Source: Elsinoe ampelina (lineage: Eukaryota). From it: DNA of 64,000 bases. The notes below the pieces were generated by a model that saw only the letters and a program-made list of their open reading frames with translations, searched no databases and was not told the DNA's origin. The DNA lies in the NCBI GenBank assembly GCA_010093995.1, contig ML992528.1, positions 1-64,000 on the forward strand, read 5' to 3'. Below, in pieces: positions 22,258 to 34,345 of the stretch. Position 1 is the stretch's first letter. The number at the start of each line of letters is the position of its first letter. Both the position numbers and the translations under genes were made by a program.

Positions 22258-24521
22258 TCATGCTAGATGTACAGGCATCGAGTCGTTGTTGCCAAAGTTC
22301 TTGCTGCAGGTGGGGCATTTGCGGGAGCGGTTTGTGATGAGGTTTTGGATGCAGACGTTGCAGAAGACGTGGCCGCAGAGTTTGAGGGCCGTGTTGCGGA
22401 GGTTGGCGTTGCAGACGGGGCAGATACCCATGCGCTGGAGGATGTTAGCTGGGTTGGAGGGGAAGAGGTGATGGATAAAACTTACTCTCCAATCGTCAGC
22501 GGCTGTGCCGTCGCCGTTCGTGACTCGCTTCTTCAGCGTGTCGTTCAGCTTCTTTTGGTCTTCTAGCTTGGCTTTGATTTCTGCTACTTCCACCTCCATC
22601 TTTCGCCGCTCGTTTGCTGCTTTGGTTGTTGATTCGTCCTTGCTTGTGAGGAGTATTTTCAATTCGCTCGCCTCCGTCTTTGACGTTTGCAGGTTCACAT
22701 CCGCTTCGCTAATCTTCTGCTGTAAATTCCGGTTCTGGCTCTCCATCCTTGCGAGACCGTCCTTGGTTTCTGAATGTTCTTTCTCCAGGTTTGCAAGGAC
22801 TTGCTTCAGTGAAGCTTCAGTCTCTTTAAACTGCGTCACGACTCCAGAGGTTTTGTCCTTCTGCGTTTTCAGTACTCCTATCTCGAGCAGTCGTGCCTCC
22901 GCCGTCTTCATTGCTGCGAAGTACTTCTGATCCGCCTTGGCTTTTTCCGCCGACAGCCGCGCTAGTTTGTCTTCCACATTCAACTGATCGAAGACCTTCT
23001 TGTTAGCGACAGTCGAGGTCTTGCGCCAAGCCGCTTCGATGGGTTTTGTTTGGTCAGACAGCTCCTGGTACTCGGACTGTAGCTTTAGCAGCTTAGATCT
23101 TAGCTCGTCCACACCAAGACGTTCTACATCTTCGGTAGACATCGGTTGTGATCCTTCCGCCTGCCTTCGGATGCTCTCGAGCTCGGTCTCCAGCGCCTTG
23201 ATCCTCAACTCTCGGGCTTCCGCCAATTCTTTTGCTGCACTCATGGCTTCTTGTGACGTTGTGTGAGTCCCCTTGAGAATTTCGACCTCGGCATTCAATG
23301 CATCCCGATTGTTGCGTATCCGGGCCAAGTCAGATTCACTTCGCGCAAGTAAGCTCTCATTTTCGCTGATAGTGTTCCTCGATTCTTCCTCTGCTTGTGT
23401 TCGTGACGATGTCCGCTCAGCTTGTAGCCTCTTGATGTCGTCTTGCAATTGCGAATTTGTGGCCTTGAGATCGTTGAGTCGCGTGATCGTGTCTTCCAAC
23501 TGTGACTTTGCGATTGTGAATAAGGAAGTCTTTGCGTAGTCGTCGTCAGATACAGACGCGGCTTTCATTCTTGCCGCCGTCAGATCATCCGTAAGTCGTT
23601 TGTTCTCAGCCTCCAACTGCTCCACCTGCAATTTGCGCTTCTCCGCTGCAGCCACTGCTTCTCGTCTTGCTGATTCAGCAGCATTAGCTGCCGCAGGATC
23701 CACCTCACCGTTAGTCTCAACCTTCTCAGTCTTGACAGCCTTTTCCGGCTTCGTGGTGTCGTCCTCGCGCTTCAGTACAGCTTGTTGTTCCAGCTTCTGC
23801 ACGGCCGCACTTTTGGCCCTGTCTAGCTTCTTCTCGGCCATGAGATATCTCTCGGTCGCCGCATCGAGGCGATCTTCCAGAGCATCCTTCTCTGCTGTGA
23901 CTCGCTGCAATTCGACAATATGCGCTTTCTCTGCCGCAAGAAGTGCCGACATGCGCTCTTGCAGCTCGTTCGCTTCCGGAGATGATTGAGGTATTCGAGA
24001 ATATATGTCGTTGATTACTTCCCGTATTTTCGATGACCGACCAGAAAGATGCTCCTGAAAGGCGGGGTTGGACTCGTTGAGGAGGGACGATTGGAAGGAG
24101 GTGCCTAATTTGATCAGCACTGTATAATGGCGATTTGGTAGACGTCATACCTTTCTCCGCGACAGGAGCACCAGACACCAGTACGTGTATTTCGTCGAGT
24201 AGTTGTGAGAACCAAGCATCTATAAGTCGTATATGGTCGTCGTGATAACTGGCTTGGGATTTGAGATCTTTGACATTAGACTCGAGTTCTTTACAGTTGC
24301 GCTTGTACTCCTTCATCTGGCGAAGTATAGCGTCTTTCTGGTAGTTCTGGAAGCCGCGCGATCAGTCGTGGTCGAGCTGTGAAACGAAAGATGCTTACCT
24401 CGACATCTTTCTCCTTATCCGCATCCATTCGACTTGCGCCATTGGCGGCGGTGGCCTGCCTTTTACTCGGCGGACCAGCATCATCATGATCTGCTACGAT
24501 TGTACGCTTTCGATCCTCCAT
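22258..24521 (-). CDS. BRE1: E3 ubiquitin ligase Bre1
   Basis: MEDRKR start (an in-frame upstream ATG at 24575 is possible), YHDDHIRLIDAWFSQLLDE, long coiled coil, EKAKADQKYFAAMK, and a C-terminal RING (CPVC..CGHVFC..C..RKCPTC). Three short introns. Confidence 0.92.
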
Positions 24522-25177
24522 CTTTAGCTTAAGAGCAGATGGGAAAGCGCCAGTTTCGAGGGTTTGGGACTTCATCGAAGCCACGTGGGCAAGGCGATTG
24601 GGGGCGATCGATGCCAAAATGATAATCCAAGACCGATGATAGATGATTCGAAGAGATCACACATCATTTCCGAGCCATCTATGCTGTTGTTGAGGTTGCG
24701 CAAGGGGAAGCTGAAGGTGAGAGGATCCAAGTCGAAAGGTTTCAAAACGCCAAGTCTTCATGTCCGCGATTTCTTGGCGGAATCTTGACTCCTTCACCTC
24801 TCCTCTTGCGGCCAGAATTATTCCCAGAACCACACATCTTCTCGGACTGCGATCTAAAGGGACGAAGAAGCACTTTGACGACGAAGATGACAATACGCAC
24901 TTCCATGGGACGACCTACTTCGGCGCAGCAGCAGGCTAGGTGACACCGTCTGTCCCTCGACAGTACTCCTTTTTGAAAGAGGAAGAAAGCATCCATACGT
25001 GCTATGATGCGAACCTTTCGAGACACTCAGAACCTTGACATTTGATCACACTCTTCCTCTACGAGTTCGGCATCCCACGCTCTCCAACATCTATAATGAG
25101 TCAAGACCAAATCTAAATACTTATATGACCCCACTATTACCCCTCCAACAAAGGTCCAAACTGTCAAAGTCGAAAAT

Positions 25178-27043
25178 ATGGACTTACAGACGAGTTCCGC
25201 GATCAGTACGCCGCCTTGTGATCTGCGTGTGAGAACGAGGTGAACTTACGCTCGCCAGACAAGTCGGGCAAAATCATTGCACCGAAGATAGCAGGACGCC
25301 GTCGACCTGCACAACGCGCGACACCACAACAAGCCCCTGCGAACCCTTTACCAACCCCAGAGCCTAGTCAAGCACCGACGGAGGAGGATGTCGTGCAAAG
25401 TGCAAGTGAAACTCCGGCAAGAGCAGAAGCAAGTGAAGCCGGAGCAACACAAGCACCGACCACGATAACTCCAGCGCCAGCAGAGAGCCCAGTGCAAGAC
25501 AATCAGGCATCGAACAATACGAGTCAACAGGAGGACACCTCCGTTCCACAAAGAACCGAGCAGAATGAGATCGAGCAGGACAATGAGGCAGTGGCTGGCG
25601 CCGAAGTGCTGGCCAGTCTCTTGCAACAAGCACGGACCGAGTCTGCGAGCAGTACAACAGCTACTCAAAATTCCCATGCGGTGGCGCCAATAGAGCCGCA
25701 ATCTCAATCAATTGTACCAACACCTCGACGTCAACGGAAGGCTCCAGCGCCGGTAGCTGGCACAAAGCGCAAGCGTACCAGCAAGACGCAGTTGAGCGCG
25801 GAGCGGATCATCGACTCGGACGACGAAGGCGAGACGAACGTAGGGACTGGGCAGGAAACGACTTCGGGAGCACAAAGCGCGCCGAAGCGAGCGAAAGCAC
25901 GACGAAAGGCGGCAAAGGCGGCCGCAACGCAGGCCGATGGTGGAGCAGAAGGTACGACTGGACAGGCTGAATCTGCTGCGACCCCCAAGCCACGTGCTCG
26001 AGCGCGAAAGCGCAAAGCTGCAGCACAAGCGGCCGATGGTGAGTGTTTGAACCGGCTAAGAAGGCGCACAGTGAAATTTGACTAATATGATTCCAGGCGA
26101 TCAAGTAGGAAACGCAGAACATGCAGCTGAGGAAGAGGAGAGCGACCCGGAACTCAAGGAAATTGATGTCAACAAGACCGCTATGCATGACCTTGTCCGT
26201 CTACCTACTGGTGGTAAGACATCGAAGCTGGAACGACGAATGGCCGAGGTGGATTGGGATGAAGTACGACTTCAACGACGCTTGGCTGCCGAGAACCCCG
26301 CCGATCCTACTAATGCCCGTGACAGAGCTCCAGCTGCTACACCTGCGGATCCGGCCACCGCTCCGACGTTGCGTATGGTGAATGGTGAGATTCAGTACGA
26401 TGAAGCATCTTCGAATATCGATAGGCAAGCGCAAGCGATCAGGAACGCTCAGAATATGGCAGTCGCAGAGGATGAGGACGTGACGAGACAAGTCAATCAG
26501 GCCAGCTGGATTAACGACAAGCGGCGTGATCCCGCTGAACGCAAGCCTCGAATGTCTGGCACACCGTGGAATGACGATGAGACAGATCGCTTCTACGATG
26601 CATTACGCATGTTCGGTACCGACTTTTCCATAATCAGCAAGATGTTTGCGCCAAAGACCAGGAAGCAAATCAAGCTGAAACTCCGGCGGGAAGAGAAATT
26701 GGATCCTCAGAGGGTGAATGCTGCTCTGGGAGGCACAGCATGGGTACAAATGGATCTCAAGCATTATGCCGATGTGACTGGAGTGGAAGAAAGCGAGTTC
26801 AGAGATCCCGAGATTGTGAATAGAGAGTTGGAGGAGACTAAGAAGCAACAAGAGGTCGAGGTGGCGGCAAAGAAGAAGGAGGCCGAGGAAGCGCAGAAGC
26901 AAAGAGATATCATGGAGCAGCAAAGGGAGAAGGACAAAGAGGGGAGGGACCGGGAGAAAGCGGTGCAGAAGCAGCAGCGAGAGTTGGCAAGGAGAAGGAA
27001 GAGGGCTGGGAGAGGCCAAGCAGTTGGTACAGGTACCTTCTGA
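25178..27043 (+). CDS. BDP1: TFIIIB component B'' (Bdp1), SANT/Myb domain
   Basis: MDLQTSSAI|NKSGKIIAPK across intron 25206-25258, second intron at ~26039-26096. SANT motif WNDDETDRFYDALRMFGTDFSIISKMF..KTRKQIKLK..REEK. Confidence 0.88.
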
Positions 27044-27330
27044 TACCTTCTTGAGCAAGGAGTGATAGACCCGGAAAAGCACGAGATACAGTGCTTCGAT
27101 GATTATGATACCCTTGCTAATGCTAAATGCATCTCCGACCATGTTTTGAGCTTCGCGACATAAATGGCCTCAATCCTTGGTCATTGATATCAAACTTTCA
27201 AGCTCCGCCGTGATGTCATCTTCAATGTCGTGCTTACACATCTACCTTCAAGTTGCCAAACACCGGCTGTTACCCCTCTTCATCACTTTCATGGTACAAG
27301 CTCTCGCTTTGTAAAGATTGAATCCAAAAT

Positions 27331-28318
27331 ATGGTTGCACCACAAAAGGTCCTTCTCCTCGGTGGGCACGGAAAGATCGCACTCAAGCTCACACCCCTCC
27401 TTCTCAAGCGATCCTGGGACGTGACCAGTGTCATTCGCAACCCAGATCACGAATCTGAAATCCTAGCTCTTACCAAAGGCCAGCCAGGCAAGCTCTCTGT
27501 TCTCGTCGAGAGTCTGGATGATGTCAAGACCTCTGCCGATGCAGACAAAGTCTTGAACAAGGTAGACCCCACCATCGTAGTTTGGAGCGCCGGTACGTGA
27601 CCTCCCCTGTACTTCATACCATCTCTGGTTTCCTCTCTTACAGTCCCTCCTTGAACCCCTCCTCTCTCTCCCTCCTCTCCATCACTTCCTCCCTCCATCT
27701 CCTCCCCATCCCACCCTCACCACAACTAACCCCCCCCCAGGAGCAGGCGGCAAAGGCGGTCCCCCCCGCACCTATTCCATCGACAGAGACGCCGCAAAGA
27801 GCTACATAACCGCCTCCCTCTCGCGCCCTTCCGTCCACAAATTCCTCATGATATCCTACATCGCGTCCCGCCGCACCCCTGCCCCCTGGTGGGACGCCGC
27901 CGACATGGCCGCCGCGGAGAAAGTGAATAAGGAGATACTGCCGCATTATTTCGCTGCAAAGGTGGAGGCGGATGAACACCTGCTTGTTGAGACTGAACGG
28001 CGGAGGAGGAAGGGGGTGGATGGGAAGGGAGAGGGGAAGGGGGGTTTCCAGATGATTAACTTGAGGCCGGGGACGTTGACGGATGGGGAGGCGACGGGGA
28101 AGGTGAAGCTTGGCAAGACGGGGAGTAGAGGGGAGGTGAGCAGGGGGGATGTGGCGGTTGTGGCGGATGAGATGTTGGGGAGGGGGGATGTGAGGGGGTG
28201 GTTTGATTTGCTTGCGGGGAAGGAAGGGGTGGGGGAGGCGGTGGAGAGGGTGGTGAGGGAGGGGTGGGATGGGGTGGAAGGGGAGGATTTGGGGGCGTTG
28301 TACAAGGGGTTGGATTGA
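27331..28318 (+). CDS. NAD(P)-binding Rossmann protein (NAD_binding_10 / atypical SDR)
   Basis: KVLLLGGHGKIA, VVWSAG|AGGKGG across an intron (~27593-27740), AAKVEADE, LRPGTLTD and VSRGDVA. Confidence 0.85.
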
Positions 28319-28472
28319 TGGCTGATAGAGTGACCAATGGTTGTCAGGTTAGGGTGGATGGGTCTCCTGCGGGACGATGCCAGTAATACGAAAAGTACGC
28401 ATGCTTTGAGTTGTATCATAATCATCACTCATTCTTAACAACCACCGAGGTTGTTACTCCTAAGCCTCCCAT

Positions 28473-31400
28473 CTATTCCTCCTTTGTCAAAAACATCTCC
28501 AACACCCCCCTCCTCCTCTCCTCCACCACCGCCTTCTCCTTCCCCTTCACCTCCGGCGTCCTCACCGCCGCCCTCCCGAAAATTTCCGCCATCTCCCTAA
28601 CAATAATCTGTCTATACGCCACCTTCGGCTCCCTGCTCATCTTTTTTTTACTCAACGACCCCGTCCGCTTCAACGGCGGCGGGATCTTAAAGTCCTCCTT
28701 CTCTGCGCTGCGCAGTGTCGAAGCGACTTGTTCCTGTATGATGCGGTCCAGCATGGATGTCAGCAGGATGAAGGATATGCTGTGCGGTGGTGAGGAGGAG
28801 AAAATTTCTTGAATCGTGGTGCGTTGGTCTTCGAGTGGGAGGGAGGAGATGGTCGGGTGCGCGGATTGGAGTTTAGTCCAGAGATCTTCGGTGATGATGC
28901 CGTCGGGCATGCTTTCGAGGTATTCGAGGAGGAAGGCGGAGAGGGTTTCGAGCATGGCGAGTTTGGGTGTTTCGGGAGGCATGCATTCGTCTATCGGTGT
29001 GTTGGTATCTAGAGCTTCGCATACGGCTTCGGAGAGGGCGTGGCGGTCTTCATAAGTCGTGCTCGTCCAGGAGGCGGTGGCAAAGGGCCAGCCAGCTGTG
29101 TTTACCCAGGGGGCTTCTTTGTCGCTGGATGTCATTTCCCATTCTGCTATGCAGATTTCGGTGAGCTTCTCTGCAGTATCGGTAAGTCGGAATAACTCTC
29201 GCGGGGCAGACCATTTGACTGGCATCTCGTCCACTGGGCTGGTCGTGGAAGTGCTCTTGGGTCGTTGACTCTGCCACCTTCGAATACCACCTTCAGGAAT
29301 ACGGATAAGCTTATCAATTGACCTTCCGAAAGATGTTTCCATCCATTTCCCGCGTACAGGTATGAAGTGATCTCGACCGTTCTCGACTCGTAGTACAAGG
29401 ATATCGTCAAGCGACTTGATGCCCTCGTTAAGCGCTCTGATCAGATGACGATCTTTGATCTTGAGGTGGAGATCCACATTACAGCTATCCCCAGGCTCCA
29501 ATGTCCTCGGTCCAGTGAAATGTCGATGGTCCAAATTGCTGGCATTCTCCGGGTCCATATTGAGTGACATCCATACAGGACTAGGCCCAGGTGCTTGACC
29601 TGCTCCCACTGGTCGATCAACGAACGTAATGGTCGCCGGTACTTGTCCAGTATTGGCAATGGTCAGTGATCGATGTTTTCGTGCAGCATACCGGACATGC
29701 CCAAAAGTCACTCCTTCGAACTTGAATGGATCTTCGTCTGTCGTTTCTGGACCTTCTCCTTGATTGTCGACTACCACAGTCACTGATGGTCTGCCCTCGT
29801 TCTCCGCCTTGTCCAGTTCCCGTGCCACTTGCTGATGAACCTTGGCTCGTAGTTCCGGTACGACAGAGCTGTAAGTAAATTTGAAGACCGCGTCCAGAGG
29901 TTTGTGATCACTTGACAGTATCCTTTGATGAGCTTGGTAGTACTCCAAATGTACCTCATCCTCGAAGCCCTCTTTCGTGACGACTACCCCTTCAGGTATA
30001 TCAGCCGTCTCGTCATATTCGTTCTCGTCGTCAGCGCCGTCTTCATCTGGATCGTAGTCGTACAGTAGTTCTTCGTCTTTACCAGCTTCGTCTATTCCTT
30101 TCTTCTTCATATCTTCGTCTTTTGCTTTTGCTTCTGCTTCTTCGGCTAGCAAGCTCTCAAACGCAAGCTTGTCTCGTCTTGTCCGATACAGGATCCGATC
30201 GCACCAGCTGGGCGCCCGCTTCTTCTCGCTCGAGTCAAAGACGCCGACTGTGCCTGGATCGTACTTGTAAGTAGGTAGGAATGTGATCGGACCTTCTTTC
30301 CAGCCATCGTAGAATGCTTTACGAGTTTTGATTTGCTGCTGAAGCTCGTCATGTGGTAGTAATGAGTCAAGGGTCGTCTGTAATGAGGTTGGACTAGCCT
30401 GCAGATCTTCTATGGAAGTCTGGCTCGAGCGATCCGAGGCTTCACTGTCCTTGTCTTTGTCCTTCGTATCAGTTGAACTCGCGGTCCGTGTTGACCGAGA
30501 ATCGTCAAGAGACAGGCGCTCTACTTGCTTCGTTGATAGTGCTTCGGTACTGTTAATAGCGTCCTCGATCTTCTTAGCAGATAGTTGCGATAAGTCGTAC
30601 TCGTTCCGCGTGTGCAGCATCAGGAGTCGTCGAACATCGTCTCCAGGAATGTCGGATAGTCGGTAATTGAGGTCGCCCGTCCAGAAAGCAAAATCCGCAT
30701 CATCAATCATCTCTCCTTGACTTTGGTACAGATCCATAGAGTCTCTGATCGGATCAAACCTCGTCCTTGAGACAACCTGTCCATAGTCCCAATTTCGCCT
30801 GTCAAGTGAGGTTTTGTCGCTTCCAGCTGCGAGATGGCAGTTGACAAAGACCAGTCTGGTAGTCTCGCCCAACACTATCCTTGCTGTGACTGCTCCCTTG
30901 TTGCCCAGGTACCCCATCAATCCCGTGCCCACTGATGTTGTACTCACAGACTTGACGTCTGGCGCAACCTCTGGCGAAGCATATACAAGGAGCAGAAGTC
31001 CGATCAGCTGCTGCTCCGCGACCAGAATGTAGCCTTTGGGCAGGACTGCCTCGACTGCGGACTTCCATCTCGCTGCCGGTTCCGGGTCTATATATGGTCT
31101 GAAGGCTTCCGAGGCAGATGTCACATCCACAATCTCCTGCAGGCCGAGAAAGTAAAGTCCAATATCACCGTCGCCAGGTACGCCACCAGGATCGTGCTTC
31201 GGTATGCTTGACTTTTTGGGGCTGTATCTCGCCTCCTGAGCATCTACAGACTCTGGACTTTCTACATTGTTGGAACCATCCTCGGCGGTCGTCTTATCAT
31301 GAGAATCTTGAGAGACGTGAAGGCCAGTCAGGCGATCAGAGATACCTTGACCTTTGACGAACCAGCCACCGATGTCCTTTTCGGTCCCCTTGAGTGAAGC

Positions 31401-31598
31401 AGTGTTCCAGGTACCAACTTTGATCCTGATTGTCTTTGGCCGGACATAGTCTGCTCTCCTAGCGTGAATTGCTTGGGTCAGGGAAAGCGGATTCGATCCT
31501 GTGCTAGGAGAAGCTAGGCTAGGGAATTGACCAGGTACCTCGGGCCAGATAGATCCTTGTCGACCTTGCTCACTTGACGTTGGTCTTGAGCTTGTCAT
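28473..31598 (-). CDS. Type II inositol polyphosphate 5-phosphatase (OCRL/INPP5B-like, with ASH and RhoGAP-like C-terminus)
   Basis: 1041-aa ORF with GTWN, GLQEIV, GNKGAV, FVNCHLAA, FWTGDLNYRL, PTYKYD, RAPSWCDRIL and SDHKP, followed by ELDKAENE and LDDILVLRVENGRDHFI. Confidence 0.92.
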   Translation of the reverse strand: MTSSRPTSSEQGRQGSIWPEVPGQFPSLASPSTGSNPLSLTQAIHARRADYVRPKTIRIKVGTWNTASLKGTEKDIGGWFVKGQGISDRLTGLHVSQDSHDKTTAEDGSNNVESPESVDAQEARYSPKKSSIPKHDPGGVPGDGDIGLYFLGLQEIVDVTSASEAFRPYIDPEPAARWKSAVEAVLPKGYILVAEQQLIGLLLLVYASPEVAPDVKSVSTTSVGTGLMGYLGNKGAVTARIVLGETTRLVFVNCHLAAGSDKTSLDRRNWDYGQVVSRTRFDPIRDSMDLYQSQGEMIDDADFAFWTGDLNYRLSDIPGDDVRRLLMLHTRNEYDLSQLSAKKIEDAINSTEALSTKQVERLSLDDSRSTRTASSTDTKDKDKDSEASDRSSQTSIEDLQASPTSLQTTLDSLLPHDELQQQIKTRKAFYDGWKEGPITFLPTYKYDPGTVGVFDSSEKKRAPSWCDRILYRTRRDKLAFESLLAEEAEAKAKDEDMKKKGIDEAGKDEELLYDYDPDEDGADDENEYDETADIPEGVVVTKEGFEDEVHLEYYQAHQRILSSDHKPLDAVFKFTYSSVVPELRAKVHQQVARELDKAENEGRPSVTVVVDNQGEGPETTDEDPFKFEGVTFGHVRYAARKHRSLTIANTGQVPATITFVDRPVGAGQAPGPSPVWMSLNMDPENASNLDHRHFTGPRTLEPGDSCNVDLHLKIKDRHLIRALNEGIKSLDDILVLRVENGRDHFIPVRGKWMETSFGRSIDKLIRIPEGGIRRWQSQRPKSTSTTSPVDEMPVKWSAPRELFRLTDTAEKLTEICIAEWEMTSSDKEAPWVNTAGWPFATASWTSTTYEDRHALSEAVCEALDTNTPIDECMPPETPKLAMLETLSAFLLEYLESMPDGIITEDLWTKLQSAHPTISSLPLEDQRTTIQEIFSSSPPHSISFILLTSMLDRIIQEQVASTLRSAEKEDFKIPPPLKRTGSLSKKKMSREPKVAYRQIIVREMAEIFGRAAVRTPEVKGKEKAVVEERRRGVLEMFLTKEE

Positions 31599-31980
31599 TT
31601 CGAAACCTAGACGGCTTCAGGTAGATGCCGCTGATACACGATACTACCAGGATGCATGCGCCGCGAACAAGACAGACCCGCAATCCAACGGAGAGTGACA
31701 GCACTTGTCACGTCGTCGCTGGATACAGGCCCTAGAATGAATTGAATTACAAATTAGAAAGTTAGAAGTGGCAAGAAAAACAGGGCGCGTGACAAGGCTC
31801 TTTTTCTTGTCTTTGTCAAACAGCTTTGGCTTGCAGCTCCAGCTCAAAGTGACGTCGGCGGTGTCAACCTCTTCTCACAAAGACACATCAACAATGCCAC
31901 AATTCCTCCCCCTTGCATCGCCGTGACATCTGGAACATATCATCTCGCCTTGTCAGTCTCCCTACCCAAAATAAGGCAGC

Positions 31981-32907
31981 ATGGCACCGCGCAAGCCCCG
32001 CCGTCGCCCTCAAGTTGTCGAGACCGACTACGACTCTGAGCAACCCACCGACCTCCCATCTGCCCCAGCGCATACTGCACCACCAGCGACGCGAACGAAT
32101 GAAGAGCTCAACCTCTCAGTACTGCGCCGACATAACAAGGATATCTCTCAAGTGCTTTCCGTTGGAGGCTTCGCTTGCGTCTACAGATTTTCAGCCGAGA
32201 CACAGACATGGGTCAAGATCGGCATAGAGGGAGCGCTGTTCGTCTGCGAGCTATTGCCTCTTGTGCCCAATGGCAGCGATGGTATCAGCGGGGATCTACT
32301 CGAGCGATACGGCGTAGTAGTCTTGAACAGGAAGGGACTGAACAATTTTGTGGTCGAGTTGAAGAGCGCGGCAGATGTGGACGTCGACGAGGAGTATGTG
32401 ATTCTACAGGTGGCCGAGGAGGAGCTGGTCGAGGATGGTATCTATGGACTGTGGATATTCTGTCCGGGAGGAGATACAACCGATAGAGAGGTTGCGGCTG
32501 CCGTGATCACCGAATGCGCCGGAAGGGCAGAGAAGAGCAGGTTGGCACTTGGAGATGGACAACCTTTCGAGGAGCAGTATGAGGCTGGATATGAGGAAGG
32601 CTTTGATGACGGCTTTATGGCTGGAGGCGATGCACAAAGGCAGGAGGATGACTTTCAACGGCGGCAGCAGACACAGCAGCAAGGAGGACAACAGATTGAT
32701 CTGCTGAGTCTGTTTGGCAAGGCGACGCAAGACCATCAAGCACAGCAGCAGCAACAACCGCAGTATCAACAACAACCGCAGCATCAGAATGGCTTTCATC
32801 AAGGACAGCAGTACCAACAGCAGCAGCCACAATACCACCATAGCCATCCTCAGCCGCCGCCACAACAGACACAAGCACAAAATCTCCTCAACCTCTTCAA
32901 GCGCTGA
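31981..32907 (+). CDS. DCP1: mRNA decapping factor Dcp1 (EVH1 domain, Q-rich tail)
   Basis: RTNEELNLSVLRRH, VYRF..W.K.GIEGALFV, VLNRKGLNNF and IYGLWIF. Confidence 0.88.
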   Translation: MAPRKPRRRPQVVETDYDSEQPTDLPSAPAHTAPPATRTNEELNLSVLRRHNKDISQVLSVGGFACVYRFSAETQTWVKIGIEGALFVCELLPLVPNGSDGISGDLLERYGVVVLNRKGLNNFVVELKSAADVDVDEEYVILQVAEEELVEDGIYGLWIFCPGGDTTDREVAAAVITECAGRAEKSRLALGDGQPFEEQYEAGYEEGFDDGFMAGGDAQRQEDDFQRRQQTQQQGGQQIDLLSLFGKATQDHQAQQQQQPQYQQQPQHQNGFHQGQQYQQQQPQYHHSHPQPPPQQTQAQNLLNLFKR

Positions 32908-34039
32908 TCACTGCCAATTTTCATCTATTATCCTCCTCAGATACCCAACAGTCTTATCAGCCACTATCTGCGAATGTCTGATGCAAAAGTCATGCGGCAC
33001 CTCATTCGTGTCGATCTCCATGACAGGCCTGTCCTCCTCGTCCACTTTACCTGAATAGGCTCTTGCAGCTATGATCTGGTCTCTCGTCTCATCAGCTATC
33101 CAGTGGTCGACCTCGGCAAAGTACAAGAACAATTTGGTCTTGGTCCCGGAAGCAGGCGCAACGACGCCCCAGATCTCGTCGTCCCACTTGTCAGCCGAAA
33201 TATCTACCAGCTCGTGGCGGGCGAGCGTCAGCGCTTGCCGTACGCCGTTTGGACTTTGAAGGAAAGACGTGGTGACGAATGCTGCGTCTGGAGGCTGGCC
33301 AGTCACTCTCTGGACGAGGCCGAGCATTGCCGTCAACGACAGCAGCCAGGATAGGACCCGTGCCAGCGAGGCAAGAGAGACTGCAGTGAAGCGGAGGGAA
33401 CCAATGAGCTGGCAATGTCAGCATGTAATCCCGATCAAGGAGACATTGCATACCGCCACTTTCCTCCCACTAGAACTCCCCGCTAGATTCATGATAGTAG
33501 GACAAAGCAGAATGGCACCAATGATCTTCCCCTGAGCCTGCCTTGCTTTCCGGCGCCGCAGAATCTCGAGCGTCATGTACGTTCCCAAAGAATGACCTAT
33601 GAGCTAGACCACTCAGCCTACCGCATGTATTCATAGTGCCTGCACTTACCACAACCCTCGCCTCCTTCCCTACATCCTGCCCCTGCCCCTTGAGATACGC
33701 CCTCAGATCCTCAAGTGCATCATCAATAGCCCCATCCACATACGCAATCTCCTGATCCACATCCCATGGACCAGGACCATGTTCTGCTACGAAACGTGCA
33801 TTTGTTGCTTTGCCACTCGTTTCAAAGCCGGCGAGGGAGCAGCCGTAGATGTGGATGGTTGTATCCTTGGCTCTGCCAGTGATGTTGCCATGCTGAGAGA
33901 GGACGGCGTTGAGGTACTCCTGGTAGTAGTCTATCAGGCCTGGGTTGCCGGTTAGGAAGTAGATGAGGAGATGGTTCGTGGGTTTTGAGAAATTGGGACT
34001 GTGGAGGACGATTGACTCATAGTTTTGTTCGAAACTCAT
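32908..34039 (-). CDS. Lipid droplet-associated alpha/beta hydrolase (LDAH/DUF2305-like)
   Basis: YFLTGNPGLIDYY, GHSLG nucleophile elbow after an intron, and YFAEVDHWIAD..VPHDFCIRHS. Two introns. Confidence 0.8.
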
Positions 34040-34345
34040 GGTGGGACGGTGTCTACGTGCTGAAGTGCGACTTGCGTAGAACCCAAATGTGGTGGGTATC
34101 TGAGGTGGGGGTCAAGTGTCCCGAATAGGCAATTTTTAACAAGCTGAAGTTCAACCATTCAGAGGCTTTGATTAGTCAAGCTCTGCTGCGCCGCAAATCG
34201 ATCTTCTTTCAATGATTCAATCATCACCATCGTCATATTTCGTATCAGCGCAAGTACGCAGTTCACCCCGAAGTGGAATCGAAGAAGGTATTATGGCTGC
34301 GTGATATAGTATTAGCAGTGATTATCGCTGCAATCAAATGCACAG

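Noticed and set aside
24760..24939. Short plus-strand ORF between BRE1 and BDP1
   Set aside because: No homology cue or splice support; it lies in a divergent promoter region.
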